A stretch of DNA of 63,450 nucleotides, counting the filler, from Octopus bimaculoides (taxonomy: Eukaryota), in assembly GCF_001194135.2 (NCBI RefSeq). It is 6 parts of 6 records of this genome, joined end to end, with 100 filler letters (N's around TTAATTAATTAA, not from the genome) between each part and the next. Parts side by side here need not be neighbours in the genome. Positions count along the whole stretch, not along the records: positions 19,243 to 44,942 come from NC_068987.1; 5 more parts are not named here. One strand, 5' to 3'. The translations under genes and the position numbers were made by a program. Shown piece after piece: positions 30,126 through 43,176 of the stretch (its first letter is position 1; the number at the start of each line of letters is the position of its first letter). The notes beneath the pieces were generated by a model. The model saw nothing but the letters and a program-made list of their open reading frames with translations, ran no database searches and had not been told where the DNA came from.

Positions 30126-31109
30126 ATATAATTACACAATTAATATTTGCAAGATTCCATACACATACATATACATATACTTATATATATACATATGAAT
30201 TGAAATTTGAAGAAGCAGACCTCAGTAAGGATTAATTTCCGTGTTAGCTTATTATATTTTTATATTAACCATAAATTCCACCTCTTTCTTTCTTAATTTT
30301 TTTCGTCTATTCCTCTTTCTTTCGTTTTGTTTTTTTTTTTTGTTTTGTTTTTGCTTAGCCCTTTTTCTTTGGATATGATTTATTATTATGTTTTTTATTG
30401 TGATATAATAATTTCTAATTCATACGATCTGTATGTAAATAAGTATTAACTTCAATTTGCCTCTATGGAGAAACTTTTCCATAGATTTCTCGTGCTTATT
30501 TTCTTCTGCTTTTTTTTTTTTCTTTTTACACCCTTATTTTTTTCTCCCTTTAGAAAGACTGCAGAATTTATCCTGTTGCTGCCCCTCCTTTTTCTCCTTT
30601 CTACTTTTAAACAGTAGTTCACTTGTGCAGATAAATAAATAATGAGGTCTGTTCGATGTACGTTAATTGAAACTCTTGTAGCATCACTTTACTTTATATA
30701 CATATACACACATACGTAGATAGCATGAGTATGTATATGTGTGTGTATGGGTGTGTATCTGTGGGTGGGTGCATGTATTAATATATGTATGTATGTGTGT
30801 GTGTGTGTGTGTGTATAAATGCAAATATTAATGTGTAAAACAAACAATGTATTATAATATAAGACCACTATGTATGAACATAAAAAAAATCAAATGTTTC
30901 GATTACAAATTCCTCCATAAAACTGGAAATATTTGTTGTTGTTGTTGTTGTTGTTGTTGTAGTTGTTTTATTCTTTCCTCTTTTCTTTCTTTCTTTTTTT
31001 CTTTTATAATAAATATTCTCTCAACTACCAGTATTTACTTTCTCTATGTATGCTTCTGTTTTTTTTAACTTGTTCCTTTGTAATTATCTCTGGATCGCTC
31101 CTTCTCTTA

Positions 31110-31160
<51 letters not shown>

Positions 31161-31678
31161 CTCCTTTCTCTCCTTCTTCCTCTCCTCTTTTAACTCGAAC
31201 TTCCTTTCCTCTCTCATTCACTCATCCATCTCTCTATCTCTTTTCTTCACATATACACATATAAATTTTTTTATATATCTACACACATATATATATATAT
31301 ATATCCATTCATATGCCCGACTCTGTGTGTGTCTGTGTGTTGTATTTATCTTTTTCCCTTATTCTTCTGAAACACTCTATTTCACTCTGCTCTTTTGCCA
31401 TATATTCCTACCGTATAATATTTGTTCAGAAGGTGTGCGCCTGTGAAGTTGCTGTATTCTTCCACCAAACTGCTTTCTCTCGTTCTCTCCTTCCCTCTCT
31501 CTCTCTCTTTCTCACTTTCTCTCTGTGTCTCTCTCTCTATCTATCTCTTTCTCAATCCTCTCTCCCTCACACCTCTTTCTCTATCAGCTCTCCCACACAC
31601 CTCTTTCTCTCTTTCTCTCTCTCTCTCTCTTCGTCAACACACTTTTCCTTTATTATATAGATTTAAAATAAAATATTT

Positions 31679-31777
<99 letters not shown>

Positions 31778-32570
31778 TCTATATATTTTCGTCCGAATTA
31801 CATAATCATTTCCCCTGTATCTTTCTTTCTCGTTTTTCTTCTTTTTTAATCCTGTCTTCTTACCTTTCCACTTTATCTCTTCTCTGTAGAAACACAGTAA
31901 AAGTAATGTTTTGTTTTCTTACTTTTTTTCTGCTTTGTCCTTCGTATTTTTATTTTTTGGAGCAGAGTGGAAAAGAAGAAAAGAAACAAACAAACAATAT
32001 ATTTGAGATTCTTTTAAGAGAAAGAAGGAACAAGTAGTGGGTCGAGAAGAAAGAAAGGAAGAAAGGAAGAAAGGAAGAATGAAGAGACAAGACCGTCCAG
32101 CTCACACGTTTTGTTCTTGGTTTGTTCAGTGGGGGTGTACTCAATAGCTAGATTTGCCGTTGATGAAGGATGCAGCTTCTACAAGAAGTCAGTGTTATGG
32201 AATGGTTTGGCAAAAGAAAAAAAAAAGAAGAGAGAGAGAAAATGGAAAAGTACGTAAAGAAAGTGAAAAAGATAAAGAGATGATGAGAAAACAACGGAAC
32301 GAGAAAGAAAGAGGCAAAAACGATGTTAGGTGTGGCTCAAGATATACTATATATATACATATATATATGTATATATATNNNNNNNNNNNNNNNNNNNNNN
32401 NNNNNNNNNNNNNNNNNNNNNNNNNNNNNNNNNNNNNNNNNNNNNNNNNNNNNNNNNNNNNNNNNNNNNNNNNNNNNNNNNNNNNNNNNNNNNNNNNNNN
32501 NNNNNNNNNNNNNNNNNNNNNNNNNNNNNNNNNNNNNNNNNNNNNNNNNNNNNNAGACACACAGACTGAC

Positions 32571-32621
<51 letters not shown>

Positions 32622-33884
32622 CAAACAGACATACAGACAGACAGATAGATAGATAGATAGATAAAACAGATGTTTAATTCCGTAGGTAAGTGCATAAAGA
32701 GAGCAGGAAGGGGCAGTAACGAATGGTGTCGGAACGTCTGTTTGAGACTAGCAAGAGGAGAATCAAATTACTATATGATTTTCTTGGAAAACAATGACAC
32801 GAGGAAAGGTGTAGTACCTGGTGTGAAACTATCAAAGGGGATAGTTAATTTGAACCTATTCAAAGTGGATAGTAGTTTACCTGTCATTACTGTTACGAAG
32901 TTGTCACGCTCGATAAACAATCATTACTACTCTGTTGACTAAACAGTTATTTTATAGTTGCATACGGCTCTATCTCTCTCTGTTTCATATACACCGAACG
33001 CGCGCACGCATACATACACACATACATGCGCTCACGCACTCGTATGCATACATTCACGGATAGAGACCCTTCAACTTCATAAGCAAACATGGACTGAGGA
33101 GCGCGCGGGCTACACACACACACACACACACACACACCCGTACATATCTCTCTCTTTATCTATGTATGATATATATATATTTATGTATATGTATATATAT
33201 GTACATATATACTTACACACACACACACATAAATACATGTATGCATAATACTCACATGTATACATATACATATATATATACACATTTATTTTCATAAACA
33301 TTCATGCACACAGGCATGCATAAACTCAGGAACAATGTGTGTGTGCGCTCGTGTGTGTAAGTGAGTACGTTTGTTTATGTGTGTGTGTTTGTGTATGTGC
33401 AAATAAGTGTATTCTGTAGGCTTCTCGTTTTATCATGATATTAAACAATTATGTAACAGCATCAAACTGCATCAATGTGATATCGCTGTTTTCATCAACA
33501 ATGTACATGATCACCGTCTTGATTGAGTTACTTCAAACTTTCACGCACAAACCAAACTGTACTTATCGCTGTGTTAGTTGTAGCTGTGCTGTCGCTCTTG
33601 CTTTTATTGTAATCGGTCTCGTTCGGTCCTAGTCGAACAGTGTTACGATTACAAGCATTCGGCCCATGAATATCCAATCATTTTCTTCCCTGTCAGCTAG
33701 CATCGCGGACGGCATAAAATATTTTCTTTATTTATTTTAAAGACAATGAGGTACATTTTAAAAGCGATTTCATTGTTAGTTCTAGAATAGCGTGCGTTCA
33801 AATAGTGGGCCTGTACGTGGGTTAATTACGGATATATCTCACAGAATATTTACTATACACGCAAGCGTGGATCCGTGATACGAA

Positions 33885-34024
33885 ACTTGTTTCCCAACCA
33901 CATGGTTCATGGGGTTTAGCCCTAATGCGTGACACCTTGGGTACGTGCTTTCTGCTATGGCTTCGGGCCGACCAAAGCCTTGTGAATGGATTTGGTAGAA
34001 GGAAATTGAAAGGAGCCCGTCGTG

Positions 34025-34058
<34 letters not shown>

Positions 34059-34170
34059 CATATGTATGTATTTATGTATGTATGTATGTATGTATATGCG
34101 TGTGTGTGTGTTTCTCTCAATCCCTATCTCTGTCTCTCTCTCTCTCCCTCCCTCTCTCACTCTCTCTCTT

Positions 34171-34225
<55 letters not shown>

Positions 34226-34485
34226 NNNNNNNNNNNNNNNNNNNNNNNNNNNTCTCTCTGTCTTTGTGTCTGTGTTTGTCCTCTCGTCCACGCCGCTTGA
34301 AAAACGCTGCTGGTGAGTTCATGTTTCCGTATCCTAGCGGTTCAGGAAAAAAAAAAAATCGGTAGAATAAGTAAAATGCTTTAAAAAATTAATTACTGAA
34401 GTCGAGTAATTCGACTAAAAACTCTTCAAAGCAGTGCTCCAGTTTGACCGCAGTCTAATGACAGAAACAAATGGAAGATGAAAGA
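33885..34485 (+). mobile_element. SINE family A with expanded internal microsatellite
   Basis: Head/body 33885-34022, about 230 bp of TA/TATG/TG/CT repeats including a gap, tail to about 34485. Confidence 0.85.
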
Positions 34486-34639
34486 TAAAAAGACGCTATT
34501 ATATGTCGCCTTCAGCAGTTGTTACTGTTGGGATTACTCGCCCTCTGTCTATGTTTGTATCAATACGTGCTGGCCATTAACGGGTGTCTATTCAGACAGC
34601 TATTTTTAATGTGAGAAATCAATAGTCTTCTGCGTTGGA

Positions 34640-34963
34640 TGGCATTGGTATGAGGTTAAGAAGTTCGCTTCGCAACAACCAGGTTCCCGATGGCATTCCA
34701 CTGAACGGCATAAAGGGTAAGTGTCTTCGAGCAGCAAGAGCCTCCAGTTCATGATTTGTGAGCAGAATTTGGAAGATGGAAACTGTACGGAAGCTCGGCA
34801 TGTAAATGTGGCTGTGTGGTATGAAGCTTGCTTTCCGACCACTTGATTGTGGATTCAATCCTACGGTGTGGCACCTTGGACAAATATCTACTACTATGGC
34901 CTCGGGTTGACCAAAGCATTGGGAATGAATTTGTTAGGCGGAAGGTGAAAGAAACCCGCTATA

Positions 34964-35014
<51 letters not shown>

Positions 35015-35225
35015 GTTGTGTTTGGGCTTATGCCCTATCATTTCTTGACAACCAGTGTTGGTGTGATAACATCTCCGTAACGTAGGGGTTCGGGAAAAGA
35101 AACTGATAGAACAAGTACTAGGCTTTAAAAATAAGTCCTGGAATCGATTTGTTCGACTATAACCCTTTCAAGGCGCTGTCCACACGTGGCCGCTGTTAAA
35201 TGACTTGAAAAAGTAAAGAAAAAGA
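34640..35225 (+). mobile_element. Two adjacent SINE family A copies (degenerate head 34640-34800; full copy 34805-35225)
   Basis: Both match the family head and body; the second has internal (TG)n and a tail. Confidence 0.8.
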
Positions 35226-35764
35226 TGCAGGCACACGCATTTCCGTGATGTGTGCGTGTGTGTGTGTGTGCGTGTGCATGTGAATGCGTATGTACGTGCG
35301 CACGCGTATGTGTTTGCGTGTGTGCTCTTCATTCAGCTACAAACGCTCACTTTTTTTATCCTCGTTATTAGAAACGCAGTGAAACAATGAGTTATCAGCT
35401 GGAAACCTCAGTGATGCTTTTGATAACCTCCCTTAGATGTGATGCCAAGTAAAACAAGATTCTATGTGCTACACGGGAAGAACTGGATCCTGCAATTTTT
35501 GACTGAGCGCGGCTTTGACTCCTTGATAAAATCTAATTCTAAGCAGCCAAAAGGCGAGCAATCGGCAATTTAGAAACAGGAGCTTTATTTCTCATAGATC
35601 ATATGATACTGCTTTTAATATACACAGACACAGTTGCTAATATACAAAATGATGGCTGGAACTCATTTCAACAGACTGACTACTTTAGCAGATCTGACTT
35701 GGTATTAAATAATAACGCGGTGGTCGCCGCTAAGCGATATTCCGGTCAATCGTCGAATGTACCT

Positions 35765-35880
35765 TAATGCCACCATTACTGAGTGTTCTGGAATAATGTG
35801 AAATGAAGTGCCTTGCAGAAAGAGACAATGTGAATCTTGATCCCAGAATAGAACCGATGTCGTAGCGATCGTGAGTTCAA
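35765..35880 (-). mobile_element. SINE family C fragment
   Basis: GTGAAATGAAGTGCCTTGC...AATAGAACC resembles 50975-51050. Confidence 0.5.
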
Positions 35881-36943
35881 TTACAAGACGTTTTCCCTTC
35901 ATGAACAACTATCACAAAACTAAATATTTGTTACCTCGCATGGGAAATTTTTTTAATTCGCAAATATTTTGATAAGGGGTTGTTTACGTGTTAAATGAAA
36001 CTATATTTTATTATTGTACAATCAACGTATTTTTACTAGAAACATTGTCAGAGAACCACGTTCGATTTCTCGTTGAAGTGAACACACTTTTCTTTAACAT
36101 ATAAAAGCGGTCAGGAAAATAATGAAATTCACAACATCACCTTTGAAAATGTTGATTATTATGGTGGTGGTCATGTTGGAAGTGACGATGATGAAGATAA
36201 GGAGGAAAATGAAAATGATGATGACGATGATAAAGATGATAGTGGTGGTTTTGATGTTGGTTTTGGTGCTGTTGATGTTGCTTGATGATGATGAGGATGA
36301 TGTTGGCAATGACTGAGCTATTCAGCAAATGACAACTAGTAAAATGGGAGAGAGAACAAAAAATACATTAGAAGGACTATTAAAACCGAAGTCAAAGAAA
36401 ATTAGTACTCTCTTCCATTCTGCCAGCAGTTGTCATCGCCGTCATCATTGTTGTTGCTGTTGTTCTCCTTGTTGCTGCTGCTGTTGCAGTTGTTGCTGCT
36501 TCACGTGAGTCCTACTTGCTCAGAACTATGATTAAATATGTCCTTACTTAGACTTAGCACCTCTTGCTGTTTGTTTTCACTGTCCTGTTTTTGTTACCAA
36601 TTTTGAGCCTCCGCAGTATCCCAAATTTTATTTAATTTGCTTTGCGGGAGCAACTGTTTTATCGAAGGTGTATCTTGTAGTGAAATTGCTCGAAATACGG
36701 ATTAGAAAAATAGCCGACAACTGATGAAGGGTCGTTCGTTATGTTGCTTGTCTTGTTTTTCATTTGTTTCTTTCGTAGTCCGCAAAGAAAGTCGATATTT
36801 CATGTATTCGTATTTCGTATTCCATATGATCGTATTTCATGTTGCTTACGTTCTGTGACGTCCTGTACCCACATATGCATATGTATATACGTATATATGT
36901 ATGTACATATGCGTATGTATATATGCATATATATTATTTATGT

Positions 36944-37001
<58 letters not shown>

Positions 37002-37011
37002 NNNNNNNNNN

Positions 37012-37061
<50 letters not shown>

Positions 37062-37974
37062 TGTGTATGTCTATGCGTGTGTGTGTGTGTGTTTGTGTGC
37101 GTGTGTGCGTGCATATATACGTAGGTAAGTATATATATATAGTGTGGAACTCTGGGAGATTTGCTCTACCAAGAGAAAAACAGAGACTGACTGTAGTTTC
37201 CTTTTCCTACTTGATCGATTTGGCAAAGTTTTTCGCCTCTCCTAGCCTCACAGATAGCTTTCTTTGCAATTCTACCCTGACTAGCTTCTTCTCCTTAGTA
37301 GTCTACTACGTACATATTGCTACTGTTAGTCCTACATGTATGAGCGTGTGTTTGCATATTAGTGTTCATTTCCGCGTCCATGTGGAATGTATAAGCGCCT
37401 GTGTAATTATTATTGGCATCGCATCCATGTGCCTGCTAGATGGTGGGTGCAAATATGTCTTAATGATTCGTTGTATGTGTGTGTGTTGTTGTTGCTGTTG
37501 TTCTTATTACCATCGTTGTTCTTGTTTATTTAATAAAACAGATAATAGCTTAGGGATGCCGAAGTATCATGCTATTTTTTTTCTTTGTTATTTCCAAACA
37601 TCACCACAATTTCATTCGATTTTTCGAAATAGTAATCATCTATCTCTCATTCTAAGCTAGCTATCTGTGTGTGACTGTATATCCATTTATGCAGTCACTT
37701 TATGTATTACGTGTGTATGCTAATATGTTGCATAAATATGGGCATATACATCAATATCTGTGATCGCAGCGAATGCTGCTCGGTTAAGAAGACCTCATCT
37801 CATGAAATACACATCGTGATTGTGTATTCGATCGCGCTGTAGATTGAATGCATTTTACTATATAGTTCCAAGTCGACTGAGTTGTTATTAGTAAAAATGG
37901 GTAGATCCCTGTAATAATGAAGACCATCGAATAGATTGTACCCTCCTAGATGTTGGGTATCTTTAGTAGGCTCC

Positions 37975-38058
37975 ATGTGCTTCAATTGGTTACATATGTT
38001 CCCAAGTTTTATGAGCGGGTTCTCAGCGACTAAACCGTCTCCTCATCTTGTTGGACAG
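37975..38058 (+). CDS. Weak candidate first coding exon (MCFNWLHMFPSFMSGFSATKPSPHLVGQ, phase 0)
   Basis: 28 open codons ending at CAG|GTGAGG, with a second donor GAG|GTGAGT 5 nt downstream, in unique CpG-containing sequence; no recognised homology. Confidence 0.3.
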
Positions 38059-38928
38059 GTGAGGTGAGTGAAGTGGACGTTCTGCAGAATTAAAAACAAG
38101 ATTTGTCAAAAGATGGATGTACTCATTGTGAGTCAACTGCCACCTACACGAATGCCGTGTTGTAAAACGCCCGCCGAGCAAAGCGAACAGCCGGCCCAAG
38201 ACTGTAGCCGCGAAAACTCAAACGAAATTCATCCTGTGAGCTAGAGTTAGAATCGAACGCACAAGTTATTTGCTGTAGAGCAGTGAAGTCGATATCGTAA
38301 ACACTGCTTTCTGTTTCAAGCACCTATAAGTCTTTCTTTCATCATTCTTTTCAAGCACATGTAACAAATGTGTACACAATGTTCTAGGGCACATGCCTCA
38401 TCTTCACTGACAAAATCAACAAAGACAAAAAGAAGTGAAATGACCAAGCATATAAAATATTGGGTTTCATATTCATTCTTCATCAGTTCAATTTTCGTTA
38501 TACAGTATTTCTGTATAGTGAAATTATATTTTCTCCTTTTTTGTATTGCAACAGTTGCAACAGTTCAGGTGAATATTGTGAATAAGATTATCCGAAATTG
38601 TTATATGAGACAAACTAGTGTCATTTAAAAAAAAAAAAAATCATGCAGTCGCTTTTTATCACTTCCACTCATTAGTTTAAAATATGGAGCCGCAGATAAG
38701 CGACACCTCTTAACACAACATTAGATGAAATTCAGATTTATATTCATGTGAATAGATATATATAGCGACGTGCACAGTATACGTAGGAATGCTTCTAGGT
38801 GTTTGTATATATGTATGTTCGCATGTGTATGCACATGTACGTGTATATAACGTTTAAATTTTGACGCAGTATCCCAACCTATTTCATGTAAAACAAGTCT
38901 GGTAATTATTTACATAAATACGTACACA

Positions 38929-38960
<32 letters not shown>

Positions 38961-39701
38961 TACACACACACAAACAAACACACACACACATACACATACA
39001 TACATATGTATAAACACATATAAAAGGATGCACATACACCCACCCACACACGCTAATGTACACACACATACTAAAACAATAAAGCAGAATGACTTGATTT
39101 ATGAGTGTGCCTGACAATGTTACAACCGTTCCCCTTCATCTATACCCACTCTACACCTTCGCTCACAAATTATCTAATTATTTCTTTCTCTACTCTTTTA
39201 TTACTTTCTTTACATAATCTTAATAAAAATTTGTACATTGCTTATTGGAATTAGATATTAATGTGAGATCATCAATGCTATGAACCAAACAACACAAAAA
39301 TTTAATATCGAGTTATTAAAGATAGGCATTTTCCCTTTCTTTCTACGAATTAGTTCATTTCTATCTATCTTTCGTTCTTCTATATGTACTTTATTTTTGA
39401 AATGAAAATAATGGGGGTTTTAACTAGAAGTTCCATTTGTGTTAGCTCCAGTGGAATGTTTGATAATTATGTTACTAGTTTGATTACAGAAATCCAATGA
39501 GATTTTTCTGTATAATTTAGCAGGACACGATTTGTATATAAAGGGCTTTGAGATATACGTTTTATGAAAATTTTCAGTTTGTGAAATTCTGAAGGACATA
39601 TGCTTTAGTTTATCTGCCGAGTTGGCAATTGTTCACTGCATATATGCACACATACATGCATTCATCCATTCACACAAACATACATACATGCTTACACATA
39701 T

Positions 39702-39732
<31 letters not shown>

Positions 39733-40075
39733 GACAGGCAGATATACATACATGTATCCACATATGGTCGCGCATGTACGTAGATACACATTTACGCATA
39801 CAGGGTGCCTCATAATGGTAACACACATTGTATTCATATCTGCAAATTGTTTGCAGTAAATATGCTTGTTCCAGGCCTAGGTACTTGCGTTTAAAATATG
39901 TTCGATTATTAATTGCACACTGTGTGTAAAATATAAATATGACCTAATATTAAACGATACATCCTGGCCAGTGACATAAACAACAAGGAAGAACAATCAT
40001 CCTGAATTAATATCTCATCATGCTAATACGCACTCACTCGTGCATATGTATAATGCATGCCTGTGTGTGTGTGTG

Positions 40076-40134
<59 letters not shown>

Positions 40135-40174
40135 TATGTATGCATGTGAGTGCGTGCGCGCGTGCGTGTGTAAA

Positions 40175-40385
40175 GGCACGTGACGTAGTGGCTGGAGTGT
40201 AGCACTCTCGATCGCCTGTGCGTGGGTTCGATTCCCAGACCGAGCCGCGCGTAGTGTTCTTGAGCAAAGCAGTTCATATCACATTGCTCCAATTCCGCAA
40301 TCGATCAGGTGGGGCGGAGTGGCGTGATTCGGAGGCTAAAACGATGTAAGTGCATTGTGACCAGCAATGTACTACAAGATCTAAC
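40175..40385 (+). mobile_element. SINE family C-related copy
   Basis: A box (TGACGTAGTGG), B box GGTTCGATTCC, body GTGTTCTTGAGCAAAGC. Confidence 0.75.
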
Positions 40386-40458
40386 GTGGATATATATATC
40401 TATACACACACACATTATTTACTTTTGACGGATATTTGTCCTCATCTAGTTTGTTGTT

Positions 40459-40501
40459 AACACGTTTCGGCTAACTTACTTTCCAGCCTTCATCAGGTGT
40501 C
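40459..40501 (-). ncRNA. Hammerhead-like motif, probably defective
   Basis: GACAC-CUGAUGA-A-GGCUG...UAGCC-GAAAC-GUGUU; stems I and II pair but there is no room for stem III plus the NUH triplet. Confidence 0.55.
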
Positions 40502-40722
40502 TTGGGGAAAATTCGAACCTGGGTTCTCATTACTAAGGTATTTTTCGATGTTGTTGTTGTTATTATTATTATTGTTATTACTTTTATTATTATTATTATT
40601 ATTATTATTCAGGTCACTGCCTGCAATCGAACGCGGAATCTTGGGGTTAGAAGTCCGCGCTCTTAACTATTACGCCATATGCCCTTGGGCAATTATGGAG
40701 TGAATTTTAGGGCTTCTAAATC

Positions 40723-41028
40723 TTACATTTTCTTATCCTTCCTTAATACCGGTTCACTTATGCTATTCATATCTGCACTCGGTCTGCATAGGAGGTTATT
40801 ATGGCTTAGCATATGTGCTGCTTCTTTTAGTTTTCGTATTTTCCAGTGGTGTTCGGTGTCTATTATTTCAACTTCATCTCACAGGGGGAGGTGATCTCCA
40901 TTTTTCCATACATGATCAGCTATACCCGATTTATCAATATTCTTGCGATGTTCCTCTACCCTTATTTTGAGGGGACGACGTCTTTCACCTTTCTATAACC
41001 TACCAAAGCAGAATGGGATGGAGCACAC
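40723..41028 (-). pseudogene. Penelope GIY-YIG endonuclease C-terminal remnant
   Basis: Single frame of 102 codons VCSIPFCFGRL*KGERRRPLKIRVEEHRK...KSGIADHVW...IID.EHHWKIRKLKEAAHM, with two premature stops at likely Tyr and Trp codons. Confidence 0.85.
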
Positions 41029-41142
41029 GCAGTCAAATGTAAATAATGTAAATAATTTCTCATCTCTTAAATATAAATCTCTCTCTATATATATAACAAC
41101 TTAAAAGATTTATTAGCATTTAGAACCCCAAATCATTAGAGG

Positions 41143-41231
<89 letters not shown>

Positions 41232-41340
41232 ACATATATATGCACCCACACACACGCACACACGCATAGACGCAGACACACACATACACACACACACACA
41301 CACGCACACGCGCACACACGCACCCACATATATGCAGTTA

Positions 41341-43072
41341 ATTCTCTCAGTGCCATGAGGCACATAAGCCCGCAACACGATCTCCCCTAACAGCTCTGTT
41401 TTCTCTCTGTCTCTGTTCTACTCCCATTCCAGATTCTCTGAACCCACCGTCTCCTCGTCAATGGCCCTTCGCCATGTGATTTTAGCTAGCCCTGCTGCTC
41501 ATTTCTCCCACAGGCTATCACTCTAGTGCAACCATACAAGTGCTTTCTCGATCTTGCTTGAGGGCATGTCCAATCTTGTCCTAGCGTCTGTGTCTTATTT
41601 CCTCTAGTTGCCCGTTGTCGTCTCCGCTGTGTCATTTCGGACTCTTTTATCCCACTTGATGTTGAGTATTCAACTCAAGCATTTCTTTTTCTTCCATTTT
41701 CGTCATTTTCCAGTTTTCACATCCACAGAGTTATACTGGGTGGACCAATGGACCAGTGTCTTCAACAGCTTCGGCTTCTTTTGCAGCCTATATCTTGGCG
41801 TCTCCATATCTTTGTTAGAATGTAGAAGGCTCTCCGTGCTTTGGATATTCTATTCCGTACATCCTCCGTTCCTCCTCTGTCTTTCTTGACAGTTATCCTG
41901 AGGTAAACAAATTCCTGAACGTCTTCCACTTCGTCCTCGCGCTTGTGGTGTAGTATTATTTATTTGTGCTTAAATTTTCTGGGATGCGTTTTAGGCCAGT
42001 TCTGTCATCGTTTTCTGCCTTGTTGTGTATGTTGCCATGGATATGTTCGTAAGTGAATGATTGCAACGCTACGTCGACTGCAAAATCGAGATCCTGGAGC
42101 GTACTCCTGAGAGGTTTCATCTGATGCTATTCCTATGTCTTTCTCTTGTTCTTCGAAAAAATATCTAAAATGAAGAAATGTGGAGAGCGATATAGCAGAG
42201 AAATAAAATTAGCACCATTCATAGCACGCACTCAGAGCGCATCAATGTTCGTCTACATGCTGAAGGGCAGAGAAGTAAAGCGCTTGTCGAGAGATGACAA
42301 GCAATAATGAATGGTGGAAATTGAAAAGAAGCTGAAAATTCAGCAGAAAAAGCAGAATGAAAGAAATCTACCAATCTGTCAGAATGCTAACGAACAAAAA
42401 GTGGAAGGAGGTGGCGGCCATCAAAGACAAGAACGGCAACATAATCAAGGATAAGGCCGCGAGCCTTGATAGATGGACAGAACACTTCGAATAAGTGCTA
42501 GTAAGGTAGGAACCGCACAACATTCAATAACTGACAAGAAAATAGAGACATTAATACTGGAGAGATTTCAGAGATGGATGTACGCCAGGCACTTAAGGAA
42601 ACTCAGAACAGCAAAGTACCAGGCTGACGAGCTGCCAACCGAACAGTTCAAGGGGGACAAGGATGTGGCAGAACATATATTAACGAAATCGTACAAAAAA
42701 GCATATCACATTGCAAGAATACTAGGCAAGTCGAAAAAAGGGTTTATCATAAAATTACCAAAGAAATATGGTTTGGAGTGATGCCGGAAGTGGAGAGAAA
42801 TAACATTACTCTTTGTAATAAGCAAATTGATGGGATGAGTCAGTATTGAGAGAATACAGAGAGGAATAGATCAGGCATTCAGAAAAGAGCAAGCTAGATT
42901 CTGCAAGACAAGAAATGAAACCTCTGAAACCTTTAAGATCAAGCCCAGGAATGCTGAGCTACATGCAACGACTTCCAGAGTATAATAATGGATGACAGGG
43001 ACAAGACCAGGTGTTATATCTTGAGTCAATCAGGGAAGCGCTACGTCAGGATACCTATTTCTAATGGCGTTA
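41341..43072 (-). mobile_element. Degenerate RTE-clade LINE with inverted 5' part
   Basis: Minus 41341-42168: RT C-terminal half (LQDLDFAVDV, VEDVQEFVYL, RNRISKARRAF) and 3' end; plus about 42169-43072: linker and RT N-half (AIKDKNGNII, RWTEHFE, IIKLPKK, FLMAL). Confidence 0.88.
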
Positions 43073-43113
43073 TATATATATACATATAATATGTGACAAT
43101 TAGTTGGTTGTCA

Positions 43114-43176
43114 TAATAAAACTCAGAATTTCGGATGCCGGCGCTGAAGTCTGCTCCGGCATCTCATCAGTTACTA
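43114..43176 (-). ncRNA. Type I hammerhead ribozyme motif (family B)
   Basis: Stem I UAGUAA/UUAUUA, core CUGAUGA, 8-bp stem II GAUGCCGG/CCGGCAUC with bulged C, GAAA, stem III AUUC-U-GAGU, GUU site (cut between 43120 and 43119). Confidence 0.8.

Larger units (their letters stand above)
40412..41075 (-). mobile_element. 5'-truncated Penelope-like element with 3' pseudo-LTR and short inverted tail
   Basis: GIY-YIG remnant 40723-41028, tRNA-like module, hammerhead-like motif; tail 40412-40429 repeated inverted at 41032-41049 (17/18). Confidence 0.85.

Noticed and set aside
32670-32942. 90-aa plus-strand ORF in unique sequence
   Set aside because: No recognisable motif or consistent exon boundaries.
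36715-36800. CUGAUGA followed distantly by GAAAG as another hammerhead
   Set aside because: No stem II, stem III or stem I partner can be drawn in the correct order.
40615-40677. Possible tRNA-Arg(TCT) gene
   Set aside because: Anticodon and T stems pair poorly and there is no acceptor stem; treated as a tRNA-like head only.
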